In this document: piece by piece, positions 56,930 through 64,000 of the stretch
Layout: each line of letters begins with the position of its first letter
How positions within the stretch are numbered: position 1 is the first letter of the stretch
From: Erysipelotrichaceae bacterium
Lineage (GTDB): Bacteria; Bacillota_I; Bacilli_A; Erysipelotrichales; Erysipelotrichaceae
Length of the DNA: 64,000 nt
NCBI GenBank assembly: GCA_036641395.1
Contig: JAVWEY010000004.1
Coordinates: 633-64,632 of the forward strand
Reading direction: 5' to 3'
The notes under the pieces: model-generated
Told to the model about the DNA's origin: nothing
The model's database searches: none
Seen by the model: the letters and a program-made list of their open reading frames with translations, nothing else
Made by a program: the position numbers and the translations under genes

Positions 56930-57913
56930 TTATTCTGCTGTCTTTGTTTCAGTAGGTGCAACTGGTGCTGCTACTGGTGCTGCTGCTACTGGTGCTGCAG
57001 TTGTAGCAGGTTTTGTAGCTGGTGTATATTCGCGTTTCTGATAAGGAGGACGAGCTCCATCACGTCTTGGTGCACGTGCATTTTTATCATAAGGACGACG
57101 GTTACGACGTTCTTCATTACGTTGACGACGACGACGGTCATTCTCAGCGATTTGTTCTTCAACATTTACAATAACATCTTTCATTGTAACTTCAGTTTCG
57201 TTTTCATCAATATTATGAGCTACACTTAATAGTCCACCTTTTGCTTCTACGATTGCATCAGCCATTAAAGTTGTAATAAGTTTTACGGCACGAATTGCAT
57301 CATCATTTGAAGCGATTGGATAATCAACTGTTTCTGGATCACAGTTAGTATCAATCATTGCAAAGACAGGAATACCAAGTTTCTTAGCTTCCGCAACTGC
57401 ATTGTGTTCTTCTTTAGGGTCGATTACAAATACAGCATTCGGTAATTTTTTCATTTCTTTAATTCCGCCAAGGAAGTTCTCTAAACGAGCTTTTTGCTTA
57501 TGAATCTGAGCAATTTCTTTCTTAGGGTAAACATCGATAAGTCCACTTGCTTCCATCTCTTCGATTTCAATTAAGCGACGTACGCGTTTTTGAATTGTAC
57601 GGTAGTTTGTTAAAAGACCACCTAACCATCTTTGATTAACAAAGAATGATCCACTACGTAATGCTTCTTCAACAACAACTTGTTGAGCTTGTTTCTTTGT
57701 TCCTACAAATAAAACTTTACCGCCTTTTTCTGCGATATCTTTCATTGCTGCATAAGCAACTTCGATTTGTTCCATTGTTTTCTCCAAGTTAATGATATAA
57801 ACACCATTTCTTGCAGCGTAGATGTTTGGTTTCATTTTTGGATTCCAACGACGTGTCTGATGACCAAAATGAACCCCTGATTCTAATAATTTTTTCATTG
57901 AAACAACTGCCAT
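56930..57913 (-). CDS. rpsB: 30S ribosomal protein S2 with a roughly 100-aa basic / Pro-Ala-rich C-terminal tail
   Basis: [27 protein letters not shown] core. The tail reads ...[68 protein letters not shown]. Confidence 0.95.
   Translation of the reverse strand: MAVVSMKKLLESGVHFGHQTRRWNPKMKPNIYAARNGVYIINLEKTMEQIEVAYAAMKDIAEKGGKVLFVGTKKQAQQVVVEEALRSGSFFVNQRWLGGLLTNYRTIQKRVRRLIEIEEMEASGLIDVYPKKEIAQIHKQKARLENFLGGIKEMKKLPNAVFVIDPKEEHNAVAEAKKLGIPVFAMIDTNCDPETVDYPIASNDDAIRAVKLITTLMADAIVEAKGGLLSVAHNIDENETEVTMKDVIVNVEEQIAENDRRRRQRNEERRNRRPYDKNARAPRRDGARPPYQKREYTPATKPATTAAPVAAAPVAAPVAPTETKTAE
56961..56999 (-). repeat. Imperfect 12-nt tandem repeat inside the rpsB 3' end
   Basis: Plus strand reads actggtgctgct / actggtgctgctgct / actggtgctgca, encoding [14 protein letters not shown]. 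Confidence 0.8.
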
Positions 57914-58029
57914 AATAATATCCTCGCTTTCCGTTCTACCTCCATCATTTCTAGCATTGGCAACTCAGTTGAGCACGGGCCAATGAATCCATGATGTGTG
58001 AAGTGCGTAATTCTTTTACGCCATTAAAA
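57914..58029 (-). promoter_or_regulatory. Structured 5' leader of rpsB (candidate ribosomal-protein autoregulatory leader)
   Basis: Leader of about 115 nt, GC-richer than its surroundings. Stems: gcgtaa/ttacgc; nested catcat/atgatg enclosing cattggc/gccaatg. A decoy GGAGG sits next to the outer stem, upstream of the real GAGGA SD. Confidence 0.4.
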
Positions 58030-58058
58030 ACTATATCATATAAAACCATGAATTTCAA
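58030..58058 (-). promoter_or_regulatory. Sigma-A-type promoter of rpsB-tsf
   Basis: The minus strand reads TTGAAA (58058-58053), a 17-nt spacer, then TGaTATAGT, an extended -10 (58035-58030). Confidence 0.55.
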
Positions 58059-58094
58059 TAAAATAATCACTATTTATCACGTTTTTCGACTAAA

Positions 58095-58125
58095 TTAAAA
58101 AAAACGCGAATGATTACCGCGTTTT
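58095..58125 (-). terminator. Rho-independent terminator after xerC
   Basis: 8-bp stem aaaacgcg/cgcgtttt (58101-58108 / 58118-58125) with a 9-nt loop, then a T-run on the minus strand. Confidence 0.7.
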
Positions 58126-59035
58126 ACTTATGATTACTTCGAGGATGTGCTTGTTCATATGCAGCTTTTAGCCTTTCTTGTGATACATGTACATAGATTT
58201 GTGTCGTTGATAAAGAAGAATGTCCTAATAATTCTTGGACAACTCTTAAATCTGCACCATTATCTAATAAATGGGTTGCGAAACTATGACGAAACATATG
58301 TGGATGAATGTGTACATGTAAATCACATAAATCTGCTTGCTTTTGCATCAGATATTGAACACCTCGAGAAGTTAAGCCATCACCCTTTTGATTAACAAAC
58401 ATAAAATCATGATGCTTTTGATGCATCCATAGAGGACGAACTTCTTCTTGATAACGTTGTAACTTTTCTTTTGCAAGTTCATAAAAAGGAATCATTCGCT
58501 GTTTATCACCCTTACCAGTAATTCGCAGCATCATATCGTGATAATCAATATCCTTTATACTAAGCGTTGTAACTTCACTAACCCGTAAACCACAGGCATA
58601 CATAATTTCAAACATAGCTCGATTACGAACTCCCTGCATTGTTGATTCATCAATTGAGTTTAAAAATAAATCCATTTCATCATAAAACAAAAATTCTGGA
58701 ATACGTTTAGATATCTTTGGACTTTTCATATATAAAAATGGATTACTTTTGATTCCAACAAATTCATTTAAATATCGATAAAAGGTTCTTAAAGAAGATA
58801 ATTTTCTTGCGATACTAGAATTCTTCATGTCACCAAAGGTTCCATTACGACTTCTAAGCATAGCGATATAATTCATTACCACGATACGATCAACATCCTC
58901 AAAACAATCAATTCCCTGTTCTCTTACAAACCCAATAAATAAATTAATATCACGCCGATAAGCATCAAGGGTATGTAGTGAACCAGTATTGATCTGTTGA
59001 TGATAGTTTAAAAATCGTTCTAGGTATTCTTCCAT
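58124..59035 (-). CDS. xerC: Tyrosine recombinase XerC (CodV-like)
   Basis: Core-binding N-domain and catalytic residues (ACGLRVSE, HMFRHSFATHLL, LGHSSLSTTQIY). Conserved trmFO-xerC order. Confidence 0.88.
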   Translation of the reverse strand: MEEYLERFLNYHQQINTGSLHTLDAYRRDINLFIGFVREQGIDCFEDVDRIVVMNYIAMLRSRNGTFGDMKNSSIARKLSSLRTFYRYLNEFVGIKSNPFLYMKSPKISKRIPEFLFYDEMDLFLNSIDESTMQGVRNRAMFEIMYACGLRVSEVTTLSIKDIDYHDMMLRITGKGDKQRMIPFYELAKEKLQRYQEEVRPLWMHQKHHDFMFVNQKGDGLTSRGVQYLMQKQADLCDLHVHIHPHMFRHSFATHLLDNGADLRVVQELLGHSSLSTTQIYVHVSQERLKAAYEQAHPRSNHK

Positions 59036-60327
59036 TATAATTCTTCCTTTATATCCTTTATCACTTGTAGTGCTTGTTTTGCCATTGCTTCTTTACGCTC
59101 TTTCTTTTTCACTTTTTGAAGACACTCCATAATTCCAAAATTTGCATTCATCGGTTGAAAATGATTTGGATTAGCATGCGTTATATAATGAGCCATCGAA
59201 CCAATAACACAAGTATTTGGCAATGTAATACATTCTTTATCTTGTAAGTATCGTGCCATATTGATACCAGCTAATAAACCACTTGCTGAACTCTCTACAT
59301 AACCTTCAACACCACACATCTGTCCGGCAAAGAATAAATCATCACGCTGTGTGCTTTGATAAGTATTCTTCAATACTTTTGGTGAACATATAAAAGTATT
59401 ACGATGCATAACTCCATAACGAACAATTGAAACATGCTCTAATCCAGGAATCATTGATAGAATACGTTTTTGTTCGCCCCACGTTAAATGTGTTTGAAAC
59501 CCAACTATGTTATATAAACTACCAATTGCATTATCTTGTCTTAACTGCACTACTGCATAAGGGCGTTTTCCATCTGGCGTTTCAAGTCCTACCGGTTTCA
59601 TAGGTCCAAACAATAAAGTTTGTTCTCCACGTCTTGCCATTTCTTCAAATGGCATACAGCCATCAAAATACTTTTCATCCTCAAATTCGTGTAGAACTGC
59701 TGTTTCCGCATGAATTAATTCTTCATAAAAATGATGAAACTGTTCTTTATCCATTGCACAATTAATATAAGATGCTTCTCCTTTATCATAGCGACTTTTA
59801 AAATATGCCTTATTAAAATCAATACTATCTTTTTCTACAATTGGTGCAGCAGCATCATAAAAATAAAAAGTATCCGCTTTTAAATAATCTTTAATCGCTA
59901 CACTCATCGCGTCACTCGTTAATGGCCCGGTTGCGATAATCGTCGGACCTTCTAAAATAGTGGACACTTCTTCTTCCACCACTTCCACAAGTGGATGATT
60001 TCGAATTATCTGTGTTAAACGTTTTGAAAAAGTATCTCGATCCACTGCCAAAGCACTACCAGCAGGTACACTTGTTTCATCCGCAACTTTAATCACCAGC
60101 GAATTTAACATCCGCATTTCTTCTTTTAAAACGCCTACTGCATTATTTAAAGTATTACTTCTTAAAGAATTGGAACAAACCAATTCACCAAATTCCCCAC
60201 TTTTATGAGCTGGTGTCATTTTCTTAGGACGCATTTCATATAAACTAACTTTAATCCCTCGATTTACTAATTGCCAACATGCTTCACAACCTGCAAGTCC
60301 AGCACCGATTACATTAACTGTTTTCAT
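59035..60327 (-). CDS. trmFO: Folate-dependent tRNA (m5U54) methyltransferase TrmFO
   Basis: [16 protein letters not shown] motif. About 430 aa. topA-trmFO-xerC order. Confidence 0.93.
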   Translation of the reverse strand: MKTVNVIGAGLAGCEACWQLVNRGIKVSLYEMRPKKMTPAHKSGEFGELVCSNSLRSNTLNNAVGVLKEEMRMLNSLVIKVADETSVPAGSALAVDRDTFSKRLTQIIRNHPLVEVVEEEVSTILEGPTIIATGPLTSDAMSVAIKDYLKADTFYFYDAAAPIVEKDSIDFNKAYFKSRYDKGEASYINCAMDKEQFHHFYEELIHAETAVLHEFEDEKYFDGCMPFEEMARRGEQTLLFGPMKPVGLETPDGKRPYAVVQLRQDNAIGSLYNIVGFQTHLTWGEQKRILSMIPGLEHVSIVRYGVMHRNTFICSPKVLKNTYQSTQRDDLFFAGQMCGVEGYVESSASGLLAGINMARYLQDKECITLPNTCVIGSMAHYITHANPNHFQPMNANFGIMECLQKVKKKERKEAMAKQALQVIKDIKEEL

Positions 60328-62528
60328 ACTTCTTTTTCGACTGCCTTTTTCTTAACTACTTTTTTTACTGTCTTCTTCGTTGTTTTCTTTTTTGTTGCTT
60401 TCTTTTCTGTTTCTTTTTTTACTTTATTTTCATCTTTTTTAATATAACGACATTTTGGATAATTACTACAACCAACAAAAGTCGTTCCAAACCGTGATTT
60501 ACGTTCAACTAATTCATGGCCACATTCAGGACACATTTCTCCGGTTGGTTTTGGTTCTTCTTTTACTTTATTACTCTTTATGTATTTACATTCAGGATAA
60601 TTTGAACAAGCTAGAAAAGCCCCATAACGTCCCTTTTTAGAAACCATTTTACTACCGCACTTAGGACAAAGTTCAACTTCTCCTTCACTTTCTTCCTCTT
60701 CTTCACTTTTTGTATAGCGACAAGTTGGAAAATCAATACAAGATATAAATTTACCAAAACGGCCCACTCGATAAACTAAATCATGACCACATTCTGGACA
60801 CTTATCACCAGTTAACTCTAATGCTTTTTTCTCCATATTTTCATATGCATTATCTAATAACGGTTCAAATTGTTTATAAAAAGTTCTTAATTCCTCAATA
60901 TTATCCCTTGTCCCATTTGCAATTTCATCTAAGTGCTCTTCCATATTAGCAGTATACATTACATTAATAATACCAGAAAAGAATTCTTGTAACTTTTGAT
61001 CTGTTAGTTCACCTTGCTCAGTTGGAATAAAGACTTTCATCTTAGCGCCTTCACTTGGTTTATCAAGATTTACGTATCCTCTTGCTTGTAAGGTATCAAT
61101 AATCATCGCATAAGTAGATGGTCTACCAATTCCTTTTTCTTCAAGTTCTTTAATTAAACGAGCTTCACTATAACGAAGTGGTGGTTCTGTGAAATGTTGT
61201 TTACCTTCTAATTCAACATCTTCTAAAACTTCATTCTCAACTAATACTGGTAACAATTCATCTTTTTGATTTTCAAATTCCTGATAAAGTTTCAAATAAC
61301 CATCAAAAGTAATAATTGATCCACTCGCATTAAAATCACAACCATTGTTGCTAATAACGACAGATACTACATCACTTTTTGAAGGAGCCATTAAAGATGC
61401 AATCGTTCTTACATAAATTAATTTATATAAACGATATTGTTCTTGGGTTAAATGACTCTTAATTTTCTCTGGAGTATTGTTTACATTTGTAACACGAATT
61501 GCTTCATGAGCATCTTGGGCATTTTCATTATTCTTTTGACGTAAACGTCCAATATATTCTTTACCAAATGTTTCTTCAATATAAGTATTCGCATCTTTCA
61601 CAAACACTTCACTTAAACGAGTTGAATCGGTACGCATATAAGATATTAAACCTTCGCTATGTCCACCTAAATCAATACCTTCATAAAGCCGTTGAGCAAT
61701 TTGCATTGTTCTTTTTGCGCCAAAATTTAATTTAGTACTTGCTTCTTGTTGAAGGGTTGAAGTAATAAAAGGCATTTTAGCTTCCTTTTTTCTTACTTTC
61801 TTTTCAATCGATGAAACAATAAAGTCTTCACTTAAGCGATTAATGATTGCATCTGTTTCTTCTTGATTCTTTAATTCTGCTTTTTTTCCATCAACTTTAG
61901 AAAGTTGCGCAACAAAAGCTTTCTTATCCTTTTCAATATTTGCTTGTAACGACCAATATTCCTCACTATTAAATGCTCTAATTTCATTTTCTCGCTCGAC
62001 AATTAAACGTAAAGCAACTGACTGAACTCTACCTGCTGATTTCGATCTAATTTTACTTTGTAAAAGTTTTGATAGTTTAAAGCCAATTATACGATCCAAC
62101 ATTCGGCGTACTTCTTGTGACTTAACCATATCTTGATCAATCGTACGTGGATGATCAAAAGCAGCAAGGACTGCTGACTTTGTGATTTCATTAAATATAA
62201 TACGATTTTGTTTCTCCATATCCAAACCAAGTTCTTGAGCCAAATGCCAGGAAATTGCTTCCCCTTCACGATCTGGATCACTTGCAAGATATACTTCAGA
62301 ACATTTTTTTGCTTCTTTTTTTAAAGACTTTACTATTTCTCTTTTATCTGGTGATATTTTATAAGTAGGTTCGAAATTATTTTCAATATCAATTCCTAAT
62401 CCACCTTTACCTGATGTTGCTAAATCACGAATATGACCTTTACTAGAAACGACTTCAAAGTCACTTCCTAAGTATTTTTCAATCGTCTTTGATTTTGATG
62501 GTGATTCGACGATAACTAATTTTTTCAT
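60324..62528 (-). CDS. topA: DNA topoisomerase I
   Basis: TOPRIM N-terminus ([18 protein letters not shown]), active-site region SYMRTDS, three C-terminal 4-Cys zinc ribbons, and a Lys-rich tail. Confidence 0.95.
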   Translation of the reverse strand: MKKLVIVESPSKSKTIEKYLGSDFEVVSSKGHIRDLATSGKGGLGIDIENNFEPTYKISPDKREIVKSLKKEAKKCSEVYLASDPDREGEAISWHLAQELGLDMEKQNRIIFNEITKSAVLAAFDHPRTIDQDMVKSQEVRRMLDRIIGFKLSKLLQSKIRSKSAGRVQSVALRLIVERENEIRAFNSEEYWSLQANIEKDKKAFVAQLSKVDGKKAELKNQEETDAIINRLSEDFIVSSIEKKVRKKEAKMPFITSTLQQEASTKLNFGAKRTMQIAQRLYEGIDLGGHSEGLISYMRTDSTRLSEVFVKDANTYIEETFGKEYIGRLRQKNNENAQDAHEAIRVTNVNNTPEKIKSHLTQEQYRLYKLIYVRTIASLMAPSKSDVVSVVISNNGCDFNASGSIITFDGYLKLYQEFENQKDELLPVLVENEVLEDVELEGKQHFTEPPLRYSEARLIKELEEKGIGRPSTYAMIIDTLQARGYVNLDKPSEGAKMKVFIPTEQGELTDQKLQEFFSGIINVMYTANMEEHLDEIANGTRDNIEELRTFYKQFEPLLDNAYENMEKKALELTGDKCPECGHDLVYRVGRFGKFISCIDFPTCRYTKSEEEEESEGEVELCPKCGSKMVSKKGRYGAFLACSNYPECKYIKSNKVKEEPKPTGEMCPECGHELVERKSRFGTTFVGCSNYPKCRYIKKDENKVKKETEKKATKKKTTKKTVKKVVKKKAVEKEV

Positions 62529-62592
62529 CTTTTCCCTCCAAGAATGTACGTATCCTATTATTGCTTATTTTTTCATTTTGTCAAATATAACT

Positions 62593-63321
62593 TTAAATAT
62601 TTTCTAAATCCATCTCATCAATCAAGATATTTGCGCCTTGAGAAATGAGTAAATTACAGCCTTTACCAGATATATCATCGTATCGATATGGCACTACATA
62701 AATAGGCTTATCCAAGGTAATTGCTTCGTTTACACTCAGCATCGTTCCACTCTTTAATTTAGCTTCAACAACAATTAATGAAGAACCTAAAGCAGCAATA
62801 ATACGATTACGCCATGGGAAATGATAATTTAAAGGTAAAGTACCATTCGGATATTCACTGATTAATAAATGATTCTTCTTTATATTTTCATATAAACAAT
62901 CATTTTCCTTAGGATAAGTCATATCAATTCCATTACCAATTACAGCTATCGTTTTATGATCCATTGCATTACGATGAGCACATGCATCAATCCCTTTTGC
63001 TAAGCCTGATACAATTACATATTTCTTTTTTAATTGATTTACGATTAAACTACACATCTTTTCCCCATAACTACTCATAATTCTAGAGCCAACCACACTC
63101 ACTAACTCTTCTTGAAAATAAGATAAATTACCTTCATAGAATAAAATCCAAGGTGCATAGTTGAGTTCTTTTAAACAATTTGGATAATGTTCATCAACAA
63201 TCGTAATATAATTACCATCATATTGAATTATTTCCCATTGCTCTTTTTTAGAAATAGCATTCGCTATTTTATTCCAGTTTCCTTGGTATTTCCAGGCATA
63301 GTATAATATTTGTTCTCTCAT
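62593..63321 (-). CDS. dprA: DNA-processing protein DprA (short form)
   Basis: Rossmann-like DprA core (VSGLAKGIDACAH, LIVVEAKLKSGTM). ATG 63321 is 8 nt after AGGAG. The track start is GTG. Confidence 0.85.
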   Translation of the reverse strand: MREQILYYAWKYQGNWNKIANAISKKEQWEIIQYDGNYITIVDEHYPNCLKELNYAPWILFYEGNLSYFQEELVSVVGSRIMSSYGEKMCSLIVNQLKKKYVIVSGLAKGIDACAHRNAMDHKTIAVIGNGIDMTYPKENDCLYENIKKNHLLISEYPNGTLPLNYHFPWRNRIIAALGSSLIVVEAKLKSGTMLSVNEAITLDKPIYVVPYRYDDISGKGCNLLISQGANILIDEMDLENI

Positions 63322-63349
63322 CTTGATCACTCCTATACCTTAATATGAA

Positions 63350-63380
63350 TAAAAAAAGAAAATTCCTAAAAGAATTCTCT
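63350..63380 (-). terminator. Rho-independent terminator after rnhB
   Basis: On the minus strand: stem agagaattc/gaattttct (one mismatch) with a 6-nt loop, then TTTTTTT. Confidence 0.55.
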
Positions 63381-64000
63381 TATACATCAAAATGATATTG
63401 CAATTGATTTGCGACTGGAGCATAACTTTTACGATGGATACTTAAGACTCCATATTTAATTAATGCTTCTTTATGTAATTTAGTTGGATAGCCTTTATGC
63501 TTGGCAAACCCATATTCTGGATACAATACATCATAACCACACATAATGTGATCACGTACTACTTTTGCTAGAATACTTGCTGCCGCAATGCTAACACTTT
63601 TTTGATCCCCTTTAATTAAAGAAATTACTTCATACTCACAATCAGGTAGTGGCATAGCATCCGATAAAACGCCATCACATTGCTTAAACTTCTTAACCAA
63701 TCGCTCCATTGCATGTTGAGTTGCTCGATATATATTCTCTTTATCGATCGTACTTGGTGCTACAATTTCAATATAATATTCATTTGCCTGTTCAATTATT
63801 TCTTTAAACAATCGATTTCGATTCTTTTCACTTACTTTTTTAGAGTCATAAATCTCTTCATGGTGATAATTCTTTGGAAAAGATACCGCAGCTACAACTA
63901 ATGGACCTGCCATTGGTCCTCTTCCTGCTTCATCAAGGCCAACAATCGCTTTATAGCCATTATTCCACCATGCCTTTTCATATTGATTCTCACACTCCAT
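63380..64000 (-). CDS. rnhB: Ribonuclease HII
   Basis: GLDEAGRGPMAGPLV catalytic motif. 206 aa. The ATG falls exactly at the window end. Confidence 0.92.
   Translation of the reverse strand: MECENQYEKAWWNNGYKAIVGLDEAGRGPMAGPLVVAAVSFPKNYHHEEIYDSKKVSEKNRNRLFKEIIEQANEYYIEIVAPSTIDKENIYRATQHAMERLVKKFKQCDGVLSDAMPLPDCEYEVISLIKGDQKSVSIAAASILAKVVRDHIMCGYDVLYPEYGFAKHKGYPTKLHKEALIKYGVLSIHRKSYAPVANQLQYHFDV

Noticed and set aside
56961-56999. The tandem 12-nt repeat considered as a non-coding VNTR or a mini CRISPR-like array.
   Set aside because: It is in frame within rpsB and encodes an Ala/Pro/Val low-complexity tail. No spacers or further repeats are present.
58124-59035. Tyrosine recombinase as a marker of an integrated mobile element.
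   Set aside because: It sits in the conserved topA-trmFO-xerC housekeeping operon with 1-4 nt overlaps. No cargo genes or att-like flanks are nearby. It is the chromosomal XerC/CodV.
1-64000. Search by eye for tRNA/rRNA genes, CRISPR repeats, transposase or integrase cargo, toxin-antitoxin pairs and known defence-system gene sets.
   Set aside because: Only two intergenic gaps exceed 250 nt, and neither shows repeat-spacer periodicity or cloverleaf potential. Every large ORF has a housekeeping, sporulation or metabolic assignment, or is listed above as unknown. This manual scan cannot exclude small RNAs.

Overview
AT-rich chromosomal segment from an endospore-forming low-GC Firmicute. Gene order follows the Bacillus/Clostridia core synteny, and short SMC and DnaE plus a long S2 tail hint at an Erysipelotrichia-like lineage. 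I call 61 protein genes, 58 on the minus strand and tightly packed, often with 1-8 nt overlaps. I found no rRNA, tRNA, CRISPR array, transposase or prophage genes. From the window start: pstA-pstC-pstS with a PhoP-box promoter; phoR-phoP; phoH-yqfD-yqfC; rpsU (59 codons, missed by the ORF track); murE; mtaB; an orphan gene; rluB; spmB-spmA-dacB; scpB-scpA; the spoVA cluster; a three-gene accessory island (SARP/BTAD regulator, anchored SGNH esterase, dual-HTH LuxR regulator); a methylase; aldH-nudF; a membrane MutS-domain-V ATPase; an M20 peptidase; two gene pairs with an aminoacyl-tRNA flavour (Zn-ribbon + YbaK-like, DUF2156 + GNAT); an oxidative pentose-phosphate cluster (pgl-gnd-zwf) with BtpA/SgcQ, an FGGY kinase and a phosphatase; dnaE; an unknown membrane protein; nrnA; ackA; ylxM-ftsY-smc; hlyIII; rseP-dxr-cdsA-uppS-frr-pyrH-tsf-rpsB; xerC-trmFO-topA-dprA-rnhB. 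Most of the window is ordinary housekeeping DNA. The most unusual signal is in the 18.7-23.3 kb island. A 14-nt palindromic box (TTCGTCATAACGAA) occurs three times, only in its intergenic regions. It sits next to a SARP regulator with a degenerate GGDEF-like tail and a LuxR regulator whose promoter is bracketed by a perfect 10-bp inverted repeat. I found no recognisable defence system or mobile element. Several ORF-track N-termini are TTG/GTG-extended artefacts, and I re-set those starts using SD spacing and homolog N-termini. All functional calls rest on motif recognition by eye, not database searches.
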